Shown: positions 50,396-60,534 of the stretch, piece after piece
How the letters are laid out: each line of letters begins with the position of its first letter
How positions within the stretch are numbered: the stretch's first letter is position 1
Translations under genes and position numbers: made by a program
Notes under the pieces: model-generated
Database searches by the model: none
What the model was told of the DNA's origin: nothing
The model's input: the letters and a program-made list of their open reading frames with translations, nothing else
Assembly (NCBI GenBank): GCA_963732385.1
Contig: CAVSZB010000007.1
Location: forward strand, 1,472,001 to 1,536,000
Origin: an uncultured bacterium
Lineage (GTDB): Bacteria > Krumholzibacteriota > Krumholzibacteriia > LZORAL124-64-63
Direction: 5' to 3'
Length of the DNA stretch: 64,000 bases

Positions 50396-52007
50396 GACCG
50401 AGCCTGACGATCATGGCGTAGGTCGCCACCCTCTGTTCATGCAGCCGACGGACGGCCTCCTGCGCGGCGGCCATCGAACTGTAAGGGCCGACGTACACGC
50501 GCTGCCAGAGCTGCCCCTGCACCTGGGCATCCCGGAAAAATACAGGGAAACCGGACTTCCGCAGGACGGCGATATCGGCATTGGCGCGATCCATGCCCCG
50601 GAACGAGTGCACGTGCACCGCGAACACGGAATCGGCCGCCGCCACGCCGGAATCCGACGTCGCCGTCAGGACCGGAGGAGGCTCGACGACGACGTTCCCA
50701 GGTGCCGGCGATTCCGTTCGCGGCGCGTCCTGATCCGCGGCGGGAACCGTCACTGGCGCGGCCGGCACGGCGGCGCTGTCCACCGACGCTGACGCGGGCG
50801 TTGTCGTTTCCGGAACATCCGTCGATGGCCAGGCAGCCGGTTCGACCGGCGGGACGACGACGCGCGCCACCGTGGCGGGCCGCCCGGCGCCATCCGGCTT
50901 CAGGCCGAAAACAACGAGCGCCCCCACGGCCAGCACAAGCAGCGCGAGCAGGAAGTACAGCCGGCCCCGACGATTCCGCCGCTGGAACGCGGCCGACGGC
51001 GAAAATGGAGGCGCACCGCCCGCATCAGCAGCCGCTGGCGGCCGGGCCGGCGACGCCATGGCTGGCTCAGGGCGCGCAGGTTCCGGAGCAGGTATCGGCA
51101 TGGCTGCAGGCGTCAGTGCGACCGCAGGAGCAGGTTTCTCGATCCTCACGGAAACCGGCACCGCCGGTGGCTTCGCAGCCGGCGCACCCTCCCGCGGGCC
51201 CACGCCGACTGCCGGCGGCAGTTCGTCGAGATCGACGTGTTCGACATCGACCTCTTTCTTCCCTGCCACGAAGGCCGACAGCAGAGCGCGACTGGCCAGG
51301 ATATTCACCAGCCGCGGCACGCCCGACGACGCGCGGTGGATAAGTTCGAGCGCCCTAGTCCGGAACAGCGGACGCGCGCAACCCGCCACGGTGACACGGT
51401 GCGCAACGTACGCCGCGACCTCCTCGCGGCTGAGCGTTTCAAGGCGATAGTGCACACTGATTCGCTGCCGCAACTGCGCCAGCTCGGGCAGGTTGATCTT
51501 CCGTTCGAGGTCGGGCTGCCCCGCCAGGACCAGCTGCAGAGCCTGGCCGCCCGGCTGCCCGAGGTTGGTCAGCATGCGCAGTCCCTCGAGGACATCGGGA
51601 GCGAGATTCTGCGCCTCATCGACCACGATCAGGATCTTCTGCCCGCGCGCTTGCGCTATCTGCACGTGCGTCTTGAGCGCACCAACCAGATCGGCCCGAT
51701 CGAAGTGCCCCGTGACGGGAGCCCCGAGATCCGCCAGCACGAGCTTGAGCAACTCGGGGAAATCGACCTGAGTGACGTTCACGAATGCGGCCTGATACCG
51801 CTTGGCCAGGTTGGCCAGCAGGCTCTGCACTGCCAGGGTCTTGCCAGTGCCGATCGGCCCGGTGATGAGCACGATGTCTTCATCCTGCTCGAGGCCATAG
51901 GCCAGGTGGGCCATGGTCTCCTCGAACGGCGACGACAGAAAGATGAATTTCAGGCTGGGATACAGCGGGAATGGATCAGTCCGCAATCCGAAATGGTCGA
52001 GGTACAT
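50382..52007 (-). CDS. ExeA-like AAA ATPase with TM helix and C-terminal SPOR domain
   Basis: 'MYLDHFGLRTDPF', Walker A 'GPIGTGKT', Walker B 'VVDEAQNL', 'LAGQPDL', 'GVPRLVN'; SPOR 'WQRVYVGPY'. Confidence 0.88.
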   Translation of the reverse strand: MYLDHFGLRTDPFPLYPSLKFIFLSSPFEETMAHLAYGLEQDEDIVLITGPIGTGKTLAVQSLLANLAKRYQAAFVNVTQVDFPELLKLVLADLGAPVTGHFDRADLVGALKTHVQIAQARGQKILIVVDEAQNLAPDVLEGLRMLTNLGQPGGQALQLVLAGQPDLERKINLPELAQLRQRISVHYRLETLSREEVAAYVAHRVTVAGCARPLFRTRALELIHRASSGVPRLVNILASRALLSAFVAGKKEVDVEHVDLDELPPAVGVGPREGAPAAKPPAVPVSVRIEKPAPAVALTPAAMPIPAPEPARPEPAMASPARPPAAADAGGAPPFSPSAAFQRRNRRGRLYFLLALLVLAVGALVVFGLKPDGAGRPATVARVVVPPVEPAAWPSTDVPETTTPASASVDSAAVPAAPVTVPAADQDAPRTESPAPGNVVVEPPPVLTATSDSGVAAADSVFAVHVHSFRGMDRANADIAVLRKSGFPVFFRDAQVQGQLWQRVYVGPYSSMAAAQEAVRRLHEQRVATYAMIVRLGHGEP

Positions 52008-52033
52008 CGCGCCTCGCGAATCGGTTGGACCTG

Positions 52034-52049
52034 GGCAGGATCGCCGCCA
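52034..52049 (-). promoter_or_regulatory. Candidate sigma54 promoter for the ATPase/GT4 operon
   Basis: Minus strand TGGCGGCGATCCTGCC (GG-N10-GC); IHF-like ATCAACATGTTA at 52095-52106. Confidence 0.45.
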
Positions 52050-52804
52050 TGCGCGACAATCCGAACGGTTTCGTGCCTGACAACCGGGCACCGGATCAAC
52101 ATGTTAAGACACACCACCCGGCAGAGCAACGCCATTCGGGCACAGACCCCGTTACGCCAATGGTCGGAGGAGGATGCGCCCGCTTGAGCAATTTCTCGAT
52201 CAGCCCGAACCTCTCGTGCTCAGGCGGCGCCCCGCTTTCTGTAGAAAAAGGCTGACGTGATCTCCGAGTATGCAAGCATGGCGAACCCCGAAGGCCTTTT
52301 CCTTCCAGGCGATCCGATGAATGTGCGACACGCAGCCTTCTCCCCCAAGTCATGGTCTTGGAGCTGGCTTTACGCGACTTGAACTTGGCGGCGGCGATGG
52401 CTCAGGCGGCGATGGCTCTGTTTACGCGACCGCCGACCATGTTGTATCATTAAAAAGCACACTGCGGCGAAAGGACACTGATCTACGCCTGCTTTCTGAA
52501 GCTCCGGAGCTTCGGGCCAATTCCTCCCCAGGATGGCCGCAGGAGCCAAGCAACCCCCGCTGGGCAGCTCAGACGCTGCGGCGAAGCAGCCGGATTCGCG
52601 GCGTCGATGAGGGAGAATGCACTGCACCCAAATGCCATTGCCGGGCCACGGCGAAGGTTTTGCGGAGATCTTCAAGCGCGATTCGCGGGCGGTGGGGCGA
52701 CCGGACGGGACCGCTCAGCTCGCGAACCTCGTTCGAGACCGGCGGCAGTCCTGCGCGCTGCCTGCCGCTGGGTTAGGGCGGCCTAATACAGACGGAGACA
52801 AGAT

Positions 52805-53539
52805 ATGAGCGTTCGCAGCACTCTGAAGCGGTCTGACACCATCGTTGGCGTGGTTCGCGACACCAAGAAGCTGATGAAAACGCCTGCTCGAATCGCCCGG
52901 CGGGTGAAACGAGACAAAATCATAGCTAGCTACCTGGCGCAACATCAAACGTGGAAGCTGGAGTTGGGTTCGGGGCCCACCCGACTGGACGGCTGGCTCA
53001 GCACGGACATCGCGCCCAGATTCGCCGGCAGCGCATATCTTGACGTCACGAGACGGTTTCCTCTGCCGAGCGATACCTTCGATTACATCTACAGCGAACA
53101 TCTGATCGAACACCTGTCCTGGAACAACGGTCTATTCATGCTGCAGGAATGCCGACGTGTGCTCAAGCCCTGCGGCAAGATCAGAGTCGCCACTCCAAAT
53201 CTTGAAGTCATTACGGGCCTGTGCAACTGCGATGGGAACGCCATGAGCAGGCGCTACATCGGATGGATTACGGACAAGTTCATCGACGGGGTCGATGTGC
53301 ACAGGGCCTGCTTCGTCGTGAACAACGCCTTCTACAACTGGGGTCATCGGTTTCTGTATGACGCCGAAGTGATGGTTATGACCATGGAGAGGGCCGGGTT
53401 CACGGATATCCAGCGATGTGCTCCCGGAGAATCGAGCGACCAGCACCTCCGCGGAATCGAATCTCACGGCAGCAGCGTATCTGACCTGGAAATGGCGGCC
53501 TTCGAGACCATGGTTTTCGAGGCACGATATCCGGGCTGA
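52805..53539 (+). CDS. SAM-dependent methyltransferase (type 11-like)
   Basis: 'LELGSG', 'FDYIYSEHLIEHL', 'RVLKPCGKIRVATP'. Confidence 0.85.
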   Translation: MSVRSTLKRSDTIVGVVRDTKKLMKTPARIARRVKRDKIIASYLAQHQTWKLELGSGPTRLDGWLSTDIAPRFAGSAYLDVTRRFPLPSDTFDYIYSEHLIEHLSWNNGLFMLQECRRVLKPCGKIRVATPNLEVITGLCNCDGNAMSRRYIGWITDKFIDGVDVHRACFVVNNAFYNWGHRFLYDAEVMVMTMERAGFTDIQRCAPGESSDQHLRGIESHGSSVSDLEMAAFETMVFEARYPG

Positions 53540-53942
53540 AGGCCGGAATGCACAGAACCATTCACCGCGCCAGGAGGGCTATTCCTCCTCCTGGGCCTGC
53601 AAGGTTGGTTTTGAAGGCAGCTGAATGGCACCGTGACTAACCGGGGAATCACCATCCCGGTGGCGAATTACAGGCGCCGATACTCGAACCGATCCCAAGC
53701 CCTGCGTGGACAAGACCAGCAATGCGTGCTATACTGGAAATCATGAACGGCTCGCTCCAGAGCTGGACTTGCGGTGTTGCCACAAACTCCGCGATCTTGA
53801 AGATGGGGCTACTATTCATGCATTTCGCACGGGCTTGTTATCGGGCTTTGTGCAACTACGAGGCAAATCTCCGCACGCTTAAAACTTATAGCACATACGA
53901 CTCGCACTCGGCACCGGCGACGATCGACGTGGAGTGATCAAT

Positions 53943-56306
53943 ATGAAGCGCACGATCTATCTCTCTGTGCTGGCAACTTTGTCGCTGACGCTGCTGACGA
54001 CGGCGGCTCCCTGCGAAAGCGGAAGCGATTCGAATGGACTAGCTGCGACCCAGCTCGCCACACGCCACACGATCCGCATGGCCGCATTTGCCACGGCGCT
54101 CGGAGTCTCCCCCGGTTCGACGGGCACGGCCACGACACGTTTCGGGTCTATCCTATCGGCATCCACGGACACGAACATCGTGGTTCCAGAGGCGCAGCTT
54201 GCCGGCACTGTCATCTCTACTTTGTACCCCCATAACGGATATCCCAACACTCGCAACATCTATTCCATGGCCACCAAGAACGCCGGCTCATACCCTAACC
54301 CGGCCGAGCAATTTCGACTGGCCATGCTTCGGTTCCCGATTTCCGGGCATGTACCTGCCGGAAGGCATGTGGTCAGTGCGCGACTAATACTAACAACTGT
54401 CGGCTCGTCAGCCACGATTGTGGCCGGTGCATACCGCGACACGGTGTTCGCCGTGCTAGACACGCTGCCAGGCCATGTTTGGCACACAAGCGAATTGGGT
54501 GGGCGCGCGGAGAGTCCACTCTATGTGGCCAGACGTGCCACGTCGTGGCTGCTGCGCCGTCAGTTTCAGATCGGCGCTGGCATGGCTTCGGACAGCGGCT
54601 ACCCTGGGGATGGCGTTGACGGGAGCCTGGCTCACGCCGGCTACGACACGGCTGAGTATTCATGGTCTCCGCCGTGGTCCGCTGTCGTACGCTCTATTGA
54701 CGTGGGACCGAGATCCTACGGGTTCGTCCCTGCTGCGACATGGACCGCCTACGCATCCAGTGCGGACTCAGGGGCTGGCGCTCGTGTTTCTCTCGACGTT
54801 ACGAGAGCCGTCCAGTACGCAGTCAACGGAGCACGAAACAACGGATTCCTCATCTGGTATCAAGACAATGGAGGCAGCGCTGCGACAATATTCCAGTTCC
54901 ATGATTTCGCCGCGTCAGCCGCCAATTACCACCTTACGCCGGCTCTAGAAATTATTTGGGACGACACTCCGTATACGTCTCCGTGGGGTAACGGCAAAGA
55001 AGTTGCCTTCGCGTTCACCTCAGACGACGGGATCAATGACGCGAATGATGCATGGTCTGCAATTTTTTCGGCGCGCAATCTTTCTTACACGATCAACGTG
55101 GCCCGGACGCAGATCAACAGAGACGCACCTTATGGTGGGACATTTCTCGATCTGGTTAATTGGTGGGATCGTGGCATGGAAATCGGCAATCACGGCTACC
55201 ACCACTGGGACATGCGCTCCTATCCGTTCGGGCCGACAGATGCAGGATACGCCGCTCTCGTGCCCGAGTTCTCGCGCGCTTGGATCGATTCTGGAATGGC
55301 AGCCAACGACGGCGACGATTCGCGCAGAGCCAGCTTCTACGCCTCCCAGCAAATGATCGGGCACGTATTCGCAACTCCCTTAACCTACTGGGACTTGAAC
55401 TGCATTGCTGTCGCCGACAGTCTCGGATACCTCGGCGTTCGGCTATGCGATACCTACACTGGCGACATGACGGTCGGCACAGCAATCGGGAGCATGTCGT
55501 CTCCCGGCGACACGCTCGGCGCTGACGGTCGTGGGGCGAAAACAACCAACCTCCGAAACTACGGAATCAGGGTCACCAATCCGTTCAACATTATGACCGT
55601 TCCTCGTTGGGACTATCCGATCAACATCGAGGCGGCCGTGTCGTCCGACAGCGCGGCCGTGAAACGGATCGTCCGCCTGTGCATCGAGGACCGCATCGTT
55701 CGCGGGCAGAATGCACTTTGGACTATGCTCTCCCACGACATCGACGCAGATATCTACGCCTTCGGAAACATCAGCGCGCAGCACATGCGGTGGATTCTTA
55801 ACGCGATGCAAGAATCCGGTGTCGTGCGCATCGACGCCCTCGGACCGCTGTTGAGTTTTATGCGATCGCAGCGGACGTTCATCGCGCATCCCGCCCATGG
55901 CGGGGATCTCTGGATTTCCCGTTTTAATGGTTTGCGTCATCGCGCCGACGGGTCTGCTGCGATGGTATGGGTTAATGGCATGTCTGGATGTCTTACTCCG
56001 GTCCATGTGGGCGCCACCAGAGCACCTGGCCGCCTGTTCCTTGCACAGAACAGCCCGAACCCGTTCAATCCCCGAACGACGATCCGCTTCGACATATCGC
56101 AGCCCGGGTTGGCGCAGATTCTGGTTTATGACCTGCGTGGGCGATTGGTGCGCAAGCTAGTGAAAAGTGAGATGGCGGCCGGCACCCACAATGTCGACTG
56201 GGATGGGCGGGATGATCGCGGGTACAACCTGCCGTCCGGAGTTTACATGGTTCGGATGACGACTGCCCAAGGGAGCCGGGTTACGAAGGCGACGCTGACG
56301 CGATAG
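53943..56306 (+). CDS. Secreted multidomain protein: DNRLRE-like domain, polysaccharide deacetylase-like domain, FlgD-Ig C-terminus
   Basis: Signal peptide; 'LDVTRAVQ...NNGFLI'; 'FTSDDG', 'EIGNHGYHH', 'LSHDI'; 'QNSPNPFNPRTTIRF...WDGRDD...SGVY'. Confidence 0.7.
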   Translation: MKRTIYLSVLATLSLTLLTTAAPCESGSDSNGLAATQLATRHTIRMAAFATALGVSPGSTGTATTRFGSILSASTDTNIVVPEAQLAGTVISTLYPHNGYPNTRNIYSMATKNAGSYPNPAEQFRLAMLRFPISGHVPAGRHVVSARLILTTVGSSATIVAGAYRDTVFAVLDTLPGHVWHTSELGGRAESPLYVARRATSWLLRRQFQIGAGMASDSGYPGDGVDGSLAHAGYDTAEYSWSPPWSAVVRSIDVGPRSYGFVPAATWTAYASSADSGAGARVSLDVTRAVQYAVNGARNNGFLIWYQDNGGSAATIFQFHDFAASAANYHLTPALEIIWDDTPYTSPWGNGKEVAFAFTSDDGINDANDAWSAIFSARNLSYTINVARTQINRDAPYGGTFLDLVNWWDRGMEIGNHGYHHWDMRSYPFGPTDAGYAALVPEFSRAWIDSGMAANDGDDSRRASFYASQQMIGHVFATPLTYWDLNCIAVADSLGYLGVRLCDTYTGDMTVGTAIGSMSSPGDTLGADGRGAKTTNLRNYGIRVTNPFNIMTVPRWDYPINIEAAVSSDSAAVKRIVRLCIEDRIVRGQNALWTMLSHDIDADIYAFGNISAQHMRWILNAMQESGVVRIDALGPLLSFMRSQRTFIAHPAHGGDLWISRFNGLRHRADGSAAMVWVNGMSGCLTPVHVGATRAPGRLFLAQNSPNPFNPRTTIRFDISQPGLAQILVYDLRGRLVRKLVKSEMAAGTHNVDWDGRDDRGYNLPSGVYMVRMTTAQGSRVTKATLTR

Positions 56307-56440
56307 GGTTCGGTAAGGTCCTGCTTCCACCACGCTAAGATTCCGTCTGGGGCACTCAACAATTTGACGTAGTGGAATGAATCGCAGAGATGATGATGCA
56401 GGCCCCGATTGTACTCTGACAACTCGAGGAAAGACCTGTC

Positions 56441-57538
56441 GTGCCCAAGAAAATCTTCCTCATCGCCGCTGCGCGCCCGAATTTCATGAAAGTCGCCCCG
56501 CTGTGGCGAGCGATGGCCGCGCACCCGGATTCCCTGCTGCCGTTGCTGATCCACACCGGCCAGCACTACGACCAGAACATGTCCGGAATCTTCTTCGAGG
56601 AGCTCGGCCTGCCCTCCCCCTACGTGCATCTGGGGGTCGGCGGCGGCAGCCACGCCCAGCAGACCGCGGGGGTCATGGTGAAGTTCGAGGAGCTGTGCCT
56701 GCGGGAGCGGCCCGACCTGGTCGTGGTCGTAGGCGATGTAAACGCCACTATGGCTACTTCGGTTACCGCCGCCAAGCTGCACATTCCGGTGGCCCACGTC
56801 GAGGCAGGCTTGCGCAGCCGCGACATGAGCATGCCGGAGGAGATCAACCGGCTGCTCACCGACGCCATCGCCGACCTGCTTTTCACCCCGAGTCCCGACG
56901 CCGACCGCAATCTTCTGGCCGAAGGGGTTGCCCCGGGGAGGATCAAGCTCGTAGGCAACATCATGATCGACAGCCTGGTGGAATCGGTGGACAAAGCGCG
57001 CGGCCTGGGCACCTGCGCCCACTTCGGTCTGGAAATCGGCGGCTTCGGCATCGTCACCCTGCATAGGCCGGCCAACGTCGATGACCCTGATAGGCTGGCC
57101 CGCATACTCGATGTGCTGGTCGGAATGAACATTCCCCTGGTGTTCCCGGTGCACCCGCGCACACGCGCGGTCATGCGCCAGCACGACATCGACTCACACT
57201 GCCGTCTGGCCGACTCGCTGGTGATCCTGACCGATCCGCTGGGGTACTACGAGTTCATGAATTTAGTCATCCATGCGAAGCTCATCCTGACTGACTCGGG
57301 CGGCCTCCAAGAGGAGGCCACCTGGCTGGGCATACCTTGCCTCACGCTGCGACCCAACACCGAACGCCCGATCACTATCACCGAGGGCACCAGCGAACTG
57401 GCGACCATTGACACCCTGCCCGAGCAAACGGCACGCATCCTGGCCGGCAAATGGAAAAAGGGGCATGTCCCCGACCTGTGGGACGGCGCCACGGCGCCGC
57501 GCATCGTGGCGGCGATCGAGGAATTTCTTACGCGTTGA
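56441..57538 (+). CDS. wecB: UDP-N-acetylglucosamine 2-epimerase (non-hydrolyzing)
   Basis: 'ARPNFMK', 'HTGQHYD', 'HVEAGLRS', 'PEEINR', 'TLHRPANVD', 'TDSGGLQEE', 'TERP'. Confidence 0.93.
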   Translation: MPKKIFLIAAARPNFMKVAPLWRAMAAHPDSLLPLLIHTGQHYDQNMSGIFFEELGLPSPYVHLGVGGGSHAQQTAGVMVKFEELCLRERPDLVVVVGDVNATMATSVTAAKLHIPVAHVEAGLRSRDMSMPEEINRLLTDAIADLLFTPSPDADRNLLAEGVAPGRIKLVGNIMIDSLVESVDKARGLGTCAHFGLEIGGFGIVTLHRPANVDDPDRLARILDVLVGMNIPLVFPVHPRTRAVMRQHDIDSHCRLADSLVILTDPLGYYEFMNLVIHAKLILTDSGGLQEEATWLGIPCLTLRPNTERPITITEGTSELATIDTLPEQTARILAGKWKKGHVPDLWDGATAPRIVAAIEEFLTR

Positions 57539-57614
57539 AAATCGGCGCCGGACGCTACGCGAGGAGGACAGTACGAGATCCACAGGATCCGTAAGGGGGG
57601 CACGCCTGCCCTTA

Positions 57615-58649
57615 TCAGCGAGGGGCCGCCGGAACCCGCTTCCGTCCGGGCCTGGGAATGACAGCCCTTGCCAGATCGATGGCCCGGCTCAAAGCGACCC
57701 CGGCCAGATAACCGCGCCGGTATCCGCAGGCCACCAGCCTTTCGGCGACCGGGCGCCGGCTCATAAACTGGGCCGGGATGGGGCCTCCGCTCTCGAATTT
57801 CTTCGCCCTGTACCAGTCATACATTTTCCGGTGCACACTGCCATAGGTGCGACCATGGATGACTCTGGCATAGATCACGGAGTAATAGCAGAGCGTGCGA
57901 AATTCCTCACGCATCTCGCTTGAGTCGCCATAGTGCTGCCGAATCAGCTGATCAAGCCGATCCATGGCCAGCGTTACGGTATCGACGTGCGGGGAGAATG
58001 TTCTGACCAAGCTTCCCTCGCGATTGACGTAGACGATAGTCGGCTCATCCAGCTTCACGACGCTACGCGCCCGGCAGGTCAACTCGAACAGCGTGACAAA
58101 ATCCTCGGCCATGCTGATTCCGATCGGGAAGCGGATGCCTTCGTCTCGATACAGCCTCCTCCGGACCAGCTTGTTCCAGATGGCGACCGAGAAAAACGGC
58201 CGCAGGAGCAGGCGACCAAAGTCCCTGCCGTCGAGCGCGATGAACTCTCCCCCGGTTCTCCTGCTCTCGGCGCCGCTCTCCTCGTTCCTTTCCATGTAAT
58301 CGGAAACAACGATATCCGCCGCCGCCTCGACCGCCCCGCGGTGCAGAGACTCGCAGGCGGCCGGCATAAGGAGATCATCACCATCGACAAACAGTATGTA
58401 CTCGCCGGTCGCTTTTTCGAGGCCACAGTTGCGAGCGGAGCTGACCCCGCCATTGTCCTTATTGATCAACGTGATCCGGTCATCGGACCGGCATAATGAC
58501 TCGAGGATCGTTTGGGTACGGTCGGTGGAGCCGTCATTCACCACGATGATCTCGATGTCCCGCAGCGTCTGCGCGAGGATCGACTGCACGGTACCGCGGA
58601 TGTACCGTTCAACATTGTAGGCGGTGACAATCACGGAAACGGATTGCAT
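57615..58649 (-). CDS. Glycosyltransferase family 2
   Basis: 'VSVIVTAYNVE', 'VNDGSTD', 'NGGVSSARN', 'FVDGDD', 'ED'. Confidence 0.92.
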   Translation of the reverse strand: MQSVSVIVTAYNVERYIRGTVQSILAQTLRDIEIIVVNDGSTDRTQTILESLCRSDDRITLINKDNGGVSSARNCGLEKATGEYILFVDGDDLLMPAACESLHRGAVEAAADIVVSDYMERNEESGAESRRTGGEFIALDGRDFGRLLLRPFFSVAIWNKLVRRRLYRDEGIRFPIGISMAEDFVTLFELTCRARSVVKLDEPTIVYVNREGSLVRTFSPHVDTVTLAMDRLDQLIRQHYGDSSEMREEFRTLCYYSVIYARVIHGRTYGSVHRKMYDWYRAKKFESGGPIPAQFMSRRPVAERLVACGYRRGYLAGVALSRAIDLARAVIPRPGRKRVPAAPR

Positions 58650-58654
58650 CGTGA

Positions 58655-59698
58655 TCAGGCTCGGTTTCGGCTGAATTGTCCGGCGGCCCCGGTGATCGCG
58701 TCGCAGATGAACTCGACCAGCGCGACAGGGCCGGGCCGCGACACGTCACCCCGGCGTCCGGCCACCTTCAACCGCTGCGCCACATCGTCCGGGCTGGCCA
58801 GCAGCACGAGGCGGCCGGCCGCGGCCAGCGCCTCGTCCACCATACCGTCGCGTCCCCGGAAGAAGCTGTACGACGGCACGCCCATGATCGCGGCCTCGCG
58901 CGTCATGGTGCCACCCCCGCTGATCACCAAGTCCATGGCCGCCACCAGGCTGGGGCCGTCATAGACCTTCCGCGGGATAATGACCTCCGCCACACCGGCA
59001 CGCGCCGCCAGATCGCGCTGGTCAGCCGTTCGCGGCAGATAGACCAGCTGCACATCGCCCGTCGCCGCAAGCCGGGCCAGGACGGCATCGAAAATCGTCT
59101 CGGCCTCGGGGTTGTGATAGTGGGCGGTAGTCGCCGGGGGTCTCAGCAGCACCTTGACTGCCGTCGGCCGCAGGCCCAGATCGCCGGCCACCGTGCCAAT
59201 AAGTTCCCCGGCCCCGAGGTACAGCTCCTCCTTGAAGCCGGGATAGCTGACAACCTTCGCGGCAGCGATGCCAGCTTCGGAGCAACGGGAAGCCGTGATG
59301 ACCGCCGGCAGCAGGATGGTGCGGCAACCCCAATTGAACAGACGGGCATCGACCCACTCATAGTCGTACATGGTCACGCTCGGCACCCCGAGCAGACGCG
59401 AAGCGAGCGGCAGCGCCCGCGAACCGTGGCCGAAACTGACGGCCGCGCCCGACCCGCGCATAGCCCCCGCCAGCTGCCAGGCGCGCCCCAGCGTCCCCTT
59501 GACCTTCCCGCTCATGCCTTTGCCATATTCACCTCCGACGCGACGATAGCTGAAGCCGTACAGGTCGAGCAGATGGCAGGTATTGGCGCGGTCACGGGCA
59601 GTGAAGACCACTTCATGCCCGCGCCGCGTGAGCTCGGCCACGAGAGGGCGCATGATCAGGACGTGCGGGCCGTTATCGGCATCGAACCAAATCTTCAT
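58655..59698 (-). CDS. DUF354-family GT-B fold protein
   Basis: 'MKIWFDADNGPHV', 'TARD', 'YPGFKEELYL', 'SGGGTMTREAA'. Confidence 0.85.
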   Translation of the reverse strand: MKIWFDADNGPHVLIMRPLVAELTRRGHEVVFTARDRANTCHLLDLYGFSYRRVGGEYGKGMSGKVKGTLGRAWQLAGAMRGSGAAVSFGHGSRALPLASRLLGVPSVTMYDYEWVDARLFNWGCRTILLPAVITASRCSEAGIAAAKVVSYPGFKEELYLGAGELIGTVAGDLGLRPTAVKVLLRPPATTAHYHNPEAETIFDAVLARLAATGDVQLVYLPRTADQRDLAARAGVAEVIIPRKVYDGPSLVAAMDLVISGGGTMTREAAIMGVPSYSFFRGRDGMVDEALAAAGRLVLLASPDDVAQRLKVAGRRGDVSRPGPVALVEFICDAITGAAGQFSRNRA

Positions 59699-60252
59699 GA
59701 CTGTCTCCTGAGCCGGGCGATCTGCGAATCGAGGCGGTTGACCTGGGAGCGCCAATGACTTGGGAGGCGCACACGGACTGAAAACCAGACAAACCACCAA
59801 CTTGCAAGAGAAGCATGTCATTTCTCTTTCCGTCAAGATCAGAAGAGCGGCCACGGCCATGAGTTATTGGATGGACCGTGATTCCCGCCTCTATCAGACG
59901 ATGTCGACTCCCGTCCCCACCGTTTCTGTCATCCGGCTCTGGAACGCTTGATCTCGTGCGAGGCTCTAAGGGGTGTGAATCACCAAACTGCCCCGGCTTG
60001 GTCCAACGGTATTCACTGGATTCGGTGATGGCGGCGTGGGGACACGTCTTGTCCGAGACCACCAGCATCACCGCACGAACCGACGGTTGTGGCGCCGGCT
60101 GCCGCGAAACATGAAGATGCGGACTTGAGAGTCCCGGTGCTGACCAAAAACTGCGCGGTCATACCGGCAGCCATCGTCGGCTTCCCGCCCGTCGTCAAAT
60201 GCCGCCATCTCACCACTGCGAATTATTTGATCACGGAGGTCGGCGCTGATGA

Positions 60253-60534
60253 TCGGCGGCAGGGCGCATTGTAATCGAAAAGGGCTATAAAATCCTGTTG
60301 GAGGCCCTGAAGCTGGCCAGGACCGAGATGTCGGAGTTGCGCTGGCAAGCCATCGGGGACGACCCGCAGCTGCCCAAGCTCACCGCGCGGACAGCCGCGC
60401 TGGCTTCGGCGATAGTGCAATTGCTGCGCGACCCGTGGCGCGCGCAGGCATTGGGCGACGCCGCCCACGCCCGCTGCGTGACCGCCTACTCGATCCAGTC
60501 AGTCGTCCGGCACATCGAGGGTATCTATCGCTAG
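60253..60534 (+). pseudogene. Degraded GT4 glycosyltransferase fragment
   Basis: 'AGRIVIEKGYKILLEAL...IGDDP' joined almost directly to the C-terminal 'ALASAIVQLLRDP...IEGIYR'; no EX7E motif; in-frame stop upstream. Confidence 0.65.

Noticed and set aside
52620..52775. Possible MurG/GT28-like C-terminal remnant ('RAVGRPDGTAQLANLV')
   Set aside because: Too short and degenerate to support without a search
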